Assembly: GCA_004431415.1 (NCBI GenBank)
Contig: QPMI01000089.1
Span: 310,001 to 374,000, forward strand
Direction of reading: 5' to 3'
DNA length: 64,000 nucleotides
Source: Cyanophora paradoxa CCMP329
Lineage: Eukaryota; Plantae; Glaucophyta
Shown: positions 1-11,376 of the stretch, piece after piece
Position numbering within the stretch: position 1 is the stretch's first letter
How the letters are laid out: every line of letters begins with the position of its first letter
The notes under the pieces: model-generated
Told to the model about the DNA's origin: nothing
Seen by the model: only the letters and a program-made list of their open reading frames with translations
Database searches by the model: none
Position numbers and translations under genes: made by a program

Positions 1-1802
1 GGACATCAAGCTGTCCCCGGAGCGCGCGGACCGGCTGGCGGGCTTCTTGATCGGCGCTCAAGGCCTGGACTGGAGTGAGCTGGACGTCGCTGAGCGCGCA
101 AGTCTCATCTGGCAGTCCTTGGCTCCGGGCCGGTGGATCCGCATGGCTCCCGACGCATCGCTGAGCCTCGAGGTCGAACCCGCCACGGAGGATTATCGCA
201 GCGAAGCGTGGCGGTCCACTCTCTCCCTCCTCACGGCGTTCTCGGCCGCGGCCGGCGCGGCGGGCGGCGCCGGCGGCTTGGGCGAGGTCGACGTGGAGTG
301 CTCGTGCGCCTCGGACACTTGCCTTGCGGACATCCTCGATGCCCTCGCGCCGCCGGGCGCCGCCGTCTGTCCCTCGCTCCGCAGCCTCGCCCTGCGTGGC
401 AAATCGTCCGGCGATCCCGACTGCACTGTCCTCTGCCTCGGCTTGGACCCCGTTCTACGGCCCTTGGTCTTCCCGAACCTCTCCAGCCTCGCCTGCAACA
501 TCCTCTGCTGCTACCCCGGCCGACACGACTCCGAGGCCCTTGCCCGGAGCCTCCCGAACCTCAAGCGGGTCCGCAGCCGCCCGCCCCTCGCCCGCGCGCG
601 GCCGCCCCCGCCATTTTTCAGCTCGAAATGACCGCGGGAAGCAGCTGGAGGTGGAGTACGACGACGAAAGGACCGGCGTGGTGGTAGAGCACAGCGTCGA
701 GAAGGCCGCCATAGGCTTGGCCGCGGGCGTCTTTCCCGCGCTCGAGTCCTTCAAAGCGGTGGAGACGGGCGGCTGCGAGCGCGCCGGGCCCCTGGTCGAG
801 GCCCTCGCCTCAAGCAACGCCGCTCTCACCCTTAGGGAGTGCGCCTCCCCCCCCCCCCCCTCCCCCCCCCCCCCCCTCCCCGCCCCTGCCGCGGCGTGGC
901 CTTGGATTGCTTTCTGATCGCGCGGGCCGGGCCCAGGCTCGTGCTGCAGTGGAGTTCGGGGTTGGCAGAGCTCCCCGTGGAGGCCCTGCGCGCCCTCGGG
1001 CGGTTCACCGCCCTCGAGCGCCTGCGAGGCCCCTTCGCGGTTCGCCCCGCCCGACTCGCCCCGCCCCATCCCCGCCCCGCCCACCCCGCCCAGGTCTTTC
1101 CGGAGGCGGCCGGGGATGACTTGGCGGCGCTGGGGTCCCTCCCGGCGCTGAAGAGCCTGGGACCTGTGGACCTCTACGAGGACGACGAAGCCCTCGCCGC
1201 CCGCCTAGACTGCCTCGCCGCCGCCCTCGCGCGCTCCTCGTCTCTGACTGAGCTCGAGCTGAGCATCGGTGCATCTGTTGCCCTCCCCCCGCCCACCCTT
1301 TCCTCGCTCACTGCGCAACAGGTGCCGGGCTGACACCGGAGGCGCTGGCGGCGCTGGCGCGGCTGGCCCGCGCGGGCCGGGGGCGCCTCTCGCTCGAGCT
1401 GGACGCGGAGCTCGCGCCGGGCCGCCCCGCGGAGGTCGCCGCGGCGCTGGCGGGCGCCCCGCCCCGCCGCCTCGTCCTGTTCGTGTACATGAAGGAGGAG
1501 GCGGCCGACGAGTCCGGCAGAGTGAGCTGTGAACGGCTGGACGGCCTCTCTGCCTTCGCCGGCTGCTCCGCGGGCGACATCGAGGTCCGCGCGCGTCCGC
1601 CTCTTCCCCCCCCCGCCTCGGCCCCGGGCATGCCCGGCCGCGCCCTCGACGCGGCTTGAGGCTAGGACGCCCGCAGGTCCGCCTTTGCGTCGAGGGCGAG
1701 GGCGAATGCGAGGGCATGGACGCGGCGCGGGAGGCTGTGAGTCGGGCCCTGCCCTCAGCCCGCGTCGTCGTGCAGCGGGTTTCATTCACGCGCGTAGCTT
1801 GA
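1..1802 (+). CDS. F-box/LRR-like protein, 5'-partial, multi-exon; paralog of 2878-4731
   Basis: Shares blocks with the downstream F-box gene (RWIRMAPDASLSLE vs RWIRVAPGASLSLE; FPNLSSL vs FPNLERL; PLVEALASS vs PLLEALASG) and has LxxLxL repeats. Introns lie at equivalent positions (e.g. GT at 569, AG at 644). Last exon ends ...SFTRVA*, TGA 1800-1802. The F-box itself would lie upstream of the window. Confidence 0.75.
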
Positions 1803-2429
1803 TCGCACGCCCCCGTCGTTCTCGTACATGTGTGCATATCTGTCTGCAGCTTTATGTATATATACGTATCCTTGAGCTTGAGTCGAGTATATATCCTAAG
1901 GCATGTGCACGCAGTCCTTTTTTGCATGATGTGGTCGACGTCATTGTAGCTAGATCTGAAGGTCAGCCTTGCATGTGTACGTGCTACGGTAGGCTCGATC
2001 CCGCGAGTTAACGTTGTATCCTTATAATTAGGCTCGAGTCACTGAGTCACATCTAGTGTGCATAACTTAGTAAGTTTTCAGTTATATATACGCTACATGG
2101 GCTTGCATGGCCAATCAGAGCCATGCATATGCATCCCTTATTTTGTGATTGACATGTCCTCCCCCCTGATCATGACTCAGTGAGTCCTTCGCAATTGACT
2201 CGATCATGATCAGTGAGTGTTCTGTATATGTCTCCTTTTGTTTTGCGTGTATGCGCCAGTGCGCGCAATTGCCCCGTTTAATTTCGAATATGCGCGAATT
2301 CCGATCCAGCATTAATATTGATGAAAGCAGAGAAAGACGAATTCGAAGGGGCAGAATCAAGACGAAGGGACAGAATCAAGAGGCCAGCGCCTAGGCCTAG
2401 GCTCATGATCGTAAGCTAATTATAAGCGG

Positions 2430-2576
2430 TCAGGCGGCGCTGGCGGGGAGGGAGGTGGCGGTGCTGCGGCGCCTACTAGGCTAGGCCTGTTGCCACGGGG
2501 CCCGGGCTTGCCCGTACCCCCCGGGGGCGCCCGCGCCGCCGCGAGCGCCGCCTCGAGCTCCCGCTCCCGCGCCGCC
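2430..2576 (-). pseudogene. Duplicated fragment of the last exon, including the stop codon, of the 4890-7207 gene
   Basis: Near-identical to 4890-5016 (long identical run cgggcttgcccgtaccccccgggggcgcccgcgccgccgcgagcgccgcctcgagctcccgctcccgcgccgcc). Carries a 14-bp frameshifting insertion at about 2475-2488 and has no upstream exons. Confidence 0.85.
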
Positions 2577-2877
2577 AGGCGTGGGGGGGGGGGGGGGGGG
2601 GGAGGGGGGGGGGGGGGGGCGGGCGCACAGGAGGAGACGGCGGCCCAGCGGTAGACCGCGAGCGGACCGGAGCGCTCTGGAAGGACTCAGAACGAAGGGA
2701 TGGGATGGGGTACAGGCTCGCACGGTAGAGGGCGCCGCCGAGGAATCCGGCGACGCCGCTGGCGAGGGCGCGCGAGATCTAGAGGCGGTCCCGCTCTGTG
2801 AGAAGGGAGTCAGAGAGAGGAGGAAGGGGGGGGGGGGGGGGGTACCTTCGCGTAGCCGCCCGCCTTGAGCCAGCGCA

Positions 2878-4731
2878 ATGGAGGCAGCGGCCGCGGATTC
2901 GAGCCCGTTCGACGCGCTCCCTGACGGCGTCCTCTCGCTCGTCCTCGAGACCCTCGGCGTGCAGGGCGCTGCATGCGCTCGGGCCGTGTGCCAGCGCTGG
3001 CGCGAGGCGGCAGAGGCGCTCGTTTGGAGCCGCGTGGATCTCGTCGCGAAGAGCGCGGAGCGAGTCGCACAGCTCGCCAGCGTGCTCGTGACACACCAGC
3101 GCGATGCGGACTCGCACCGCGCGCGCGGCCGACGGTGGATCCGCGTGGCGCCGGGCGCTTCTCTCTCCCTGGAGATGCCTTCGGACCCTGCAGCTGATCA
3201 TGATGGCGACACGTCCGACGACGGGCTCTGGCGGGCCGTCCTCTCGCTCGCCTCTGCGTGCACGTGCGCGGCGGCCATGGCCAGCAGCGGCCGCGGCGGC
3301 CTCGGCCTTGTCGACATCATGATCACGGCGCGGCCAGCAGCAGGTTCGCGCTGCTGCGCGATCGCGAGCGAATTGCTCGCCGCCCTGGCCCCACGCGACG
3401 GCATGCCGGCGGCCGCCGCCAAGGGCATTGCGCTCCACCAGCCATATGCGACGGAGTGCCTCGGCCCGCCCCGCAAACTGGACTCCCTCCTCCGGCCTTT
3501 CCCGAATCTCGAGCGCCTACAGCTCCCATGCGTGCTCGACACCGCCGCCGCCGCCGCCATCGCGCGTGCCCTGCCACGCCTCAAGCATGTGTGCTTCCCG
3601 ACTCCCCCCTGCCCCCTTTCCCGACTCGCTCCGCCGACGCGTCCGCAGCTGCATCAATGCGTGCGCTCCTATCAAAGCGTCGAGCCCCTCGCCGCCCTCG
3701 CATCCCTAGAGGTCCTAGCTATAGAGGTCTCCTCCGATCGCGACATCGTAGTCGGGCTGGACCCTGCCCCGCTGCTGGAGGCCCTCGCCTCCGGCCCGGC
3801 CGGCCTCTCCCTCCGCGAGTGCGCGCCTCTTTAATTTGATCCTCCGCCGCTCGTCACGGCGTTTCGAAGCCGACTTCTCTGCAGGCTCTGCTGCACCCAC
3901 CTCACGTGCGGGGCGCTGAGGGTCCTTCCCCGCTTCCCTGCCCTCGAACAACTCCACGCCGGCCACATCGTACCTCTTCCCTCTCTCTATCCAGCATCTG
4001 GACCCACGTGGGCTCACGGACGCCTGCAGATGACGGCCGTGCCCGTGGGGGTGGAGGACCTCCTCGCGCTGGGCGCCTGCCCATCCCTCCGCAGCGCGAA
4101 GGACTTCTTCCTGGTCCGCGACGAGGCGGAACCGAACGCATCGCTCGCCGCCCGTCTCGCCGCCCTCGCGACCGTGATGGAGCAGCGGCCCCTCCTCCAG
4201 CTCGACCTCCGCGTCGGTTCGCCGTGCCCCGACCCTTGAATATCCCTGTACCCCCAACCCTTTCCCCATCAGATGCAGAGGCGCTGCGGGTCGAAGAAGT
4301 CGACGCGCTCGCAACGCTGGCGAGAGCCGCGGGCAGCCGGCTGGACCTGCATTTGACGTCGCACCTCTCCCCCGACGCCGCCATCGCCGCGCCGGCCGAC
4401 GTTGCGGCAGCGCTGGCGGGCTCCCCGCCGGACCGACTCTCGCTCAGCATCTTCCGCGGCGGCGGCCCCGCGCTGGACGACGCCGCCGTGCTAGACAGTT
4501 TGCGGCAGCTCTCCGTCTTTGCCGCCTGCTTCCATAAATCAATCGAGGTGCCGCTCATGATCAGGCCCTTTTCAGCCTCGCGCCCGTCTGAATTCCGCGC
4601 AGGTCGATATAATAATGTTCTTAGATGTCGATAATGATGGCGAATTCGAAGGCGGAGCGAAGGACTTCGCGGGCGCGGTGCTCGAGACCATCAAGAGTGC
4701 CCTCCCTACCGCCACGTGTTCGATCGTTTGA
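2878..4731 (+). CDS. F-box/LRR-like protein, multi-exon
   Basis: N-terminal F-box motif PFDALPDGVLSLVLETL...ARAVCQRWREAA, then LRR-like repeats (FPNLERLQL, LAALASLEVL, LGACPSLRS). Short GT-AG introns. Last exon ...LPTATCSIV*, TGA 4729-4731. Confidence 0.85.
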
Positions 4732-4889
4732 AAGGCTCGCCACCTTTTTTGCCGCTTGCGGCAGGAGGTCGCGCGGGCAGCTGCAATGTCGTAAAGAGAA
4801 TGGCTTGATTCGTAATCATTGAATGGCTTGAAGGGAATGGGACTCCGATTGCACTCGATCAGAACGCCGACAGGCCCTAAGCTAGGCCA

Positions 4890-7207
4890 TCAGGCGGCGG
4901 GGAGGGACGTTGCCGTGCTGCGGCGCCTGTTGCCGCGGGGACCGGGCTTGCCCGTACCCCCCGGGGGCGCCCGCGCCGCCGCGAGCGCCGCCTCGAGCTC
5001 CCGCTCCCGCGCCGCCGTCTCGCGCTCCGAGGCCGCCCACTTGGCCCGCTGGTCCGTCTCGATCCGCTCGAACGCAGCGTGGAAGTCCTGGCCCCTGCTT
5101 CGATGGATTAGAAGGGGCGGGGGCGGGGCGGGATGGGGTAGGGCGCGCGCGCCTGGCTTGGTCGGCGGGCGACGCGTCGGCCCTGTCTGCCTTCTGGGGC
5201 GCCGCCGGAGGCTTGCTCTGCGCCAGCCGCTCCAGACGCCTGCTCTGCGGGCGGAATACAAGAATAAGAACGAGCGCTAATATAAGATTCTATTATAAGA
5301 ACAAGAACGAGCGCTTGGTGCTTTCAATCTAAGGCGCTTGCTCTGCGGACAGGGCGTAGGCCTCCGTCCAACGGAAAGAAACGCGGCGCACGACGCGGGG
5401 CGGCCTTCGGCGGGTGCCGTCCTCTCCCGAGTCGGCGCCCGCGCCGGCGCCCGGCGGCTCCTCCCCCCCCTCCTCCGCCTGCCAGCGGGGCTTGATCTCC
5501 CGCGCGGCGAGCCACTCGTCGTACTCGTCCTCGGGCTGCGAACGAAGTCATATGAGATGGCTGAGGCGGGGGGGGGAGGGGGGGGGTGAGGCGCACGTCC
5601 CCCTCCCCGCTCCAGTCCGTCGCCCCTTCGTCGTCCGACCGCCCCGCCCCCGCCCCCGCCCCCGCCGCGTCACCGCCGACGGGGCGCTGCTGCGGGCCCG
5701 GGCCCGGGCCCGGGGCGGCCTGCCCCGCCGGGTCGCCCCGCGGCTGGGCAGCTCCTCTAGGTTTGCGCCGAAGGGCACCGCCCCCGCCCCCGCCCGCTGC
5801 GATCGCGAGCCGTCCGTCAGGCCGGGGAAGGGTGGGGGGGGTGGGGGGTGGGTGGGGGTTCTCCCGCACCTGTCCGACGTGCCGCGCCAGCAGAGCCATC
5901 AGGTCTACGCCCTCGTCCTCTTCCTCCTCCTCCTCCTCCTCGCCCGCCGCCTCGCCGCCCCCGCCGCCTTCTACCCCCGCGGGCGCCCTCGGCGCTCCTC
6001 GCCGGCCGCCGCGGCGGCGGGGGCTCCCCGCCCCGCCCCCACCCCGCCGCCCCTCCGCCTGCAGCCGCGCGACTTGGGCCTTGAGCTCCGCCAGCTGCCC
6101 CTCGAGCGCCGCGACGCGCCTGCTGGCCCGCGCCGCGAGGTTCGCCGCCCGCAGCCGCGCCACCTCGCGCTCCTCCTCGCGCCTCAGCTCCGCCGTCGCT
6201 TCGGCGCGCTCCCGCGCCGCCGCCGCAAGCGACCGCACGAGCCGCGTCGCCGCCCTTAGGTACGCCTCCGCCTCCCGCGCCCCGGCCCCGCCCCGCTCCG
6301 GGCTGCCCGCCGCCGGGGCCGACGACGGCCTCCCGTGAGGGTGCCGCGGGGGCGTCCCCGGCGCCTCGGGGGCCGGGACCGGGGGCGGCGGGGCCGGCCA
6401 CTTGGTGGAGGGCCCGAGGCTCTCCCGCAGGGCGCGCTCGGCCAGCTCCTTCTCCTGCCTTAGGCGGAGGGCGTGGGCCTTGAGGCGCCTGTACCGGTCC
6501 ATCCAGCCCTCGTCCAGCGGGTCGGCTGCCGGCGCCGCCGCCGCGGCCGCCGCCTCCGCTTCCAGCTCGCAGATGCGCCGCCGGGCGGCCAAGAGCTCCT
6601 CCTTCAGCCCGGCCGCCGCCTCCGCCGCCGCCGCCTCGCGTTCCGCCGCCGCCTTCGCCTCCGCCCGCAGGCGCGCCACTTCAAATCGGCCCTTCTCCAG
6701 CGCCCGCTGCAGGACGACGACGCGCGCCGCCAGCTCGCGCTCGAACTGCTTCGCTGCGACCGCGTCCGAGGCGCCGGCGCTCCCCGCCGACTTGGGCGTC
6801 CCCAGCGAAGCCCGCGCGCTGTGAGGCATCGCTGGTGCGCTGCCGGGAGGCGGGACGGGGTAGTAGGGGTAGTAGGCCCCCGATCCGCCGGCTGAGCTCG
6901 CGCGCGGCGTGGACCGCGAGGTGCTGCTGGGCTGGGTCCAAGGCCGCGCCGAGTGCACCACGACCTGCGGGGGGCGAGCTGTGAGGACGCGAAAACATCC
7001 GGCCGCAACCTAGGCGAGCCGCATGCGAAGCTTCGGCTGTGCGGCGGGGCCTCCCTTGCCGAGTAGCTAAAGTGGGTGCAAGCCGCGGGGAGCGCTCGGG
7101 GCCCGCACCTGGTCGCCTCGCGAATGCAAGCCACGCCGCGCCTCCACCGGCTGGTCACCGAGCGACGTGAAGTCCAGGGCGGGGAGCGGCGCCGTGACCT
7201 TTGCCAT
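4890..7207 (-). CDS. Hypothetical coiled-coil protein, multi-exon
   Basis: Spliced model MAKVTAPLPALDF...GDQ|VVVHSARPWTQ... with E/A/R-rich heptad segments (ORF 5324-6961). Last exon ...FERIETDQRAKWAASERE...SLPAA*. Confidence 0.65.
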
Positions 7208-7346
7208 GGCGCCGGAGCCCAGATACAGCTAGTGGCTAGCCTCCTGTGTGCGCTCCAGTACTCAGAGGGCGAGCTGCCGCCGCGCAGAAACGAGACGACT
7301 CTTAGGCGGGGTACGGGCACAGAAGAACGAGACAGCCTCGGCAGAA

Positions 7347-8481
7347 ATGGACGAGCCGGACGGAGGAGTGCGAGCCCGCGCCGAGCCCAGGAATCCATCA
7401 GATTCTCCGGACGTAGCTGCGGCTGGCCCCTCGGTCGATGGGCAGAAGCGCCCCGCCGAGGCAGGCGACGCACCGGAGGACAGCGCGAAGCGACCTAAAG
7501 TACGCAAGGAGTTTCAATGGGTGCGCTTCGAAGCGCCTCCGTGGTCGTTGCCTTGCGCCTTACGAAGGGAGCCCGCAGAAAGAGAAGACCACGACGACCT
7601 TCTGCAAAGCATGCGGCGCTAAAGTGCTGAAGACGAGTGCGCGCACGCGGGCCTGGTGTTGGCTCGAGTGCAGCTGAGGCGGGCCGGCTCGCAGGCGCGC
7701 CGCTGGCGCAGCTCCCGAAGAGAAAGACCGACGGCAGCGTTGTGGTGGAGTTCGAGCGAGTGCTGCGAAGCGTCCACGTCGCCGAAGGCGAGACGAAGCT
7801 CATCAAGCGCGAGAAGGGCGTCGAGCGGCAGCACCGAATGGAGTGCCCGAGCTGCGACGCGGTCCTTGGCTACAGGCCCAACGCGTTCGACGAGAAGCCC
7901 CAGTTTCTGTACTTCTTCGGCGAGTCTCTCACGGAAGACGTGCGCGGCCTCAGCTGCGCATCCGCTTCGGCGCAAAGCGCGAAAGCTCGAGCCGGCGCCG
8001 CTGATCCACGCAACTGCGCGCAGGCCCCGCCGCCGCCGCCCGCGCCCGCCGAGGAAGCTCGGCCGAGGGGCGTGATCACGAGCGTCTACGTGCGCCTTCC
8101 CGAGTCGACGCCGGCGGAAGCGGGGTCGGGCGCAGGCGGCGACCGCGGCGCAGCGACGGGCGAGCTGAAGCAGTTCCTCGCCGCCACGCAGCGCGTGCGC
8201 CGCGCTGCTTCGACGTGGTCGTCTCTCTTCCTATCCGGATCAAATCTAAACTCGATCCGCTGCAGGACGAGTACGAGAACGTGGCTTGCAGCCTGCACGG
8301 CAAGGTCCGCTTGAACGCTTGCCCCCTTCGAGTGAAGCTTAAGATCTCTGGAGACTTCAGCGCTAATCTTTGCATCCCGCAGCGTCGCTCGCTGAAGTAC
8401 ATGCTGAAGAGCGCGACGGGGGGGTACGTGTGCAAGCCCGGGCACAGCTGCATGGTCCAGAAGCCCTCTGCGAAGCGGTAG
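7347..8481 (+). CDS. STEEP1/CXorf56 (UPF0428)-like zinc-binding protein with an extra C-terminal CHCC motif
   Basis: Spliced segments FCKACGAKVLKT...LAQLPKRKTDGSVVV...KLIKREKGVERQHRMECPSCDAVLGY...FLYF match, from memory, the STEEP1/plant At5g63440 N-terminal pattern (CxxC...LPxRxxD...ERQxRxxCxxC). ATG 7347, TAG 8479-8481. Confidence 0.75.
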
Positions 8482-8895
8482 CGAGGCGGACCGGGGCCCC
8501 TTCTGCTCCGGCGAGGCCCGTATGGATCCGCGCGGGCCGTCCCGGCCTCACGCTCCCAGTCCTCACGGGGTCCGCCCCCCTCCTACGCCCGCTGCTCCTT
8601 GGCTGGCGTCGACGTCCCTCTCAGACATCGCGATCGGCAGGGCCGGCGGGAACCGCGCGCGGGAGCCTCAGCCCCCAGGCAGGCAATCTTAAGCCCAGCC
8701 CTGCGAGGCCGGGTCGACGCCTGGAGGCCTTGGGCGGCGGCGGGCCATGGAGGCCGGCCCGGCGCGGCGGCGCGGCCGGCGCGGCCGGCTCAAACTGGCG
8801 GCCCGGGTACAGCAAACGCAATCAAACAGATTCGGGGTGACTTGAACTCGGGCGGTCGTACCGGTAGCCTCACAGTTCGTATATACGTAGCAGAG

Positions 8896-9075
8896 ATGGC
8901 GCCGGCGGCGTTCGTCACCCCCCTTCCCGCCGTTGCCGGCTGCGCTCTCGCCTCCTCGTGCGCGGGCGAGAAGTGCTCGACCTTCAAGTGCACCGCCGTC
9001 GCTGCCAGGGCTAGGGCCGCCGCCCCGGCCGCCCCCTCGACCACCTTCGAGGTTAAGCTGAAGGCGCCGGCCTAG
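8896..9075 (+). other. Orphan plastid transit-peptide-like ORF (59 aa) with no identifiable mature domain
   Basis: MAPAAFVTPLPAVAGCALASSC...AAPAAPSTTFEVKLKAPA*: early Phe (AAFV), Ala/Ser/Thr-rich, few acidic residues, TTFEV near the end. Followed by CTAG-rich and poly-G non-coding DNA. Confidence 0.5.
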
Positions 9076-9336
9076 GCCGCCCTCTCGATCTCTTAGCTAG
9101 GCTAGCGCTTTCCGATTGACTGCCTCGCGATCGTGCCAAAACTACCCAATCCCACGGCTGACGAACATTGCACGAAATGCACACGTACAATGCGCTCACT
9201 AGTACTAGTATACTAGTACTTCCCCACCGGTACCGACGCGGCCTGGCGCCGGCGCATGCACAAGTCGGCCGCCGCGCCGTGCGACATTTTGAGAGTTGCA
9301 ATGGGGGGATCGGAAGGGGGAGGGGGGAGGCGGGGG

Positions 9337-9369
<33 letters not shown>

Positions 9370-9936
9370 CTCCGACGGGCGGGCGGGCGGGAGAAGAGGG
9401 GGGGGAAGGAGAGAGGGGGGAGAGGGAGAGGTAGGGGGGGAGGGGCCGGGGGGGGGGGGGGGGGGGGGGCGGGCCAGGGGCCTGGGTTGCAGTCGTCGCG
9501 CATTCACAGTTCGTGGCACGCAATCGAGCCTGCGCGGCGGCACTAATACTGCGGAAACTAGCTATATTATATAGCACCGGCTGGCAACTCGCGATCGGTG
9601 CGCGATCGCGAGGCTCATATAGCTAGCTACCATACCGGGCCGTCCAGCCTGGCAGGGCCGCTTCAAGGCTTTACGTGCTGCTCACCGACCCGTGGCCGCC
9701 TCCCGCAGTCGACGTCCCTAAGGCATCGTTCGCCGTCGCGAAGGCCGCGCCGGATCGCGATCGCGCGCGCGCGGACGTCGACAGCGCCCGGATCACGGGG
9801 CGGTGCGGAGCGCGCGCGGCGTGTGGCGGCCGCGGGGCTCTCCGTGCGGCGCGGAGGCGCGGCGGGCGGCGGCGCGGCTCGCAGCGCGCAGTTAATTATA
9901 TAATTATAATTAAATATAAGTAAAAAACGGCGTCTA

Positions 9937-10025
9937 TAACGCGGTACCAAATTAACGCGCCGAATTCGATATCCATGCATGCGCAGTCTCACAGACTCTC
10001 ACTGCGATTATTTGGTACCGCGTTA
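9937..10025. repeat. Short inverted-repeat element (16-bp perfect arms)
   Basis: taacgcggtaccaaat (9937-9952) and atttggtaccgcgtta (10010-10025) are exact reverse complements. Confidence 0.7.
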
Positions 10026-10485
10026 ATTCCCGGAGAGAGTCCCTCAGTCCCTGTGCTCAGTCGGCCCATACAGTACCCCCATACAAGTCAAAAAGTTTAC
10101 GCGCAGCTGGACGATCGACTGAGCTGGTTTATTACTCCCCAGTACTCCGCAGTAATTTAATTTAGTGCCCGACGCCGCCGACGGTACTAACTTAGTAAGC
10201 TCGGCGGCCGTAACTACCGTAGTACCGGCCCGCGGACCAGTATACGTACCGGTACGGTTACTACGTACTACCCGGTACGTGCCGGCGTGGCGGTACCGGT
10301 ACCGTGTGGTACGTACCGTTTTTCTTTCTCGACTCCGAGGCTCTTTCTCGGGGCTTTTAAAAAATTCCTTTTTGTTTTTCAGCTGCAGGCTCTTTCTCGG
10401 TCTCGAACCAATGATTGTTAAATTCTCCACCTTTCTCGAGGTTTTTCTCGGTTTTCTCGCCGTATTAATATAGGCGCGCGGACTC

Positions 10486-11145
10486 CAGTGCTGTCATTAT
10501 AATGTACGTTTTTAATTAATGGCATTATTTAATGTCCATTAAGTACATTAATTATAAACCGGCGTAAATAATGGACATTATTTAATGTGGGGGGTTATTT
10601 TTGGCGCGACGTTTACCAGCGAATCAAGAGCGTAGAAGTTGATCTCTGACCTTCTAACAGCTTAACAGAGCCGTCGGAACGCTTTAAATCACTTTCGGAG
10701 CGGTTCTGGCTGCCTTAGGAGAGGTCGACGTGTTGGAGGGGGGGTACATCGACCCCATCCCTTGGGCGTGGCGGAGCTGAAGGGGGGCGCACAATCAATG
10801 CTCAAACGTTCTATATAAGCCGATAAACACTTCCTCGACACTTAGGAAGGCTTTACGAGCTTCGGAAGGCTTAGTTGAGGTGCTGGATGAGTCTCAGTGA
10901 GGCCTTCCTGGGGCTCCAGGCCATCTCCAGCCTTCCAGGAGGGTCATAGACTATACTCAGGATGACTTCTAGATACATTAGACATGCTTTTGAGACGTTT
11001 AGATAGTGTTCGCAGCACCAAAGACGAGCGGAATGTGCGTTTAAACGTAATTAATGTGTATTTAATATAATAATGCATTATAATACATTATAATGCCTCA
11101 TTAAATAATGCCCGACCTCCCGTGTCCATTATAATGACAGCACTG
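10486..11145. mobile_element. Non-autonomous hAT-superfamily DNA transposon (MITE), 660 bp
   Basis: Perfect 19-bp TIR cagtgctgtcattataatg / cattataatgacagcactg. Perfect 8-bp TSD gcggactc at 10478-10485 and 11146-11153. Subterminal cattatttaatg-type repeats at both ends. No ORF. Confidence 0.93.
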
Positions 11146-11180
11146 GCGGACTCCCGCCGTCCCGGAGTCCGAGTCTGTCC

Positions 11181-11376
11181 GACTCGGCGACGACTCAGCG
11201 ACGACTCCGACGAGTCGGCGACGACTCGGCGACGAGTCGCAGACTCGGCGACGAGTCCGCGGGACAGTCTTAACTTTTGAAGCTTGATCTCGGACGAGTC
11301 TGCGACTCGTCGCCGAGTCGTCGCCGACTCGTCAGCGAGTCGACGGCGACTCGTCGGCGAGTCGACGGCGACTCGA
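11181..11376. repeat. Palindromic array of ~11-bp gactcggcgac units with a 39-bp perfect inverted repeat
   Basis: 11209-11247 is the exact reverse complement of 11295-11333, separated by a 47-bp spacer. Confidence 0.8.
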
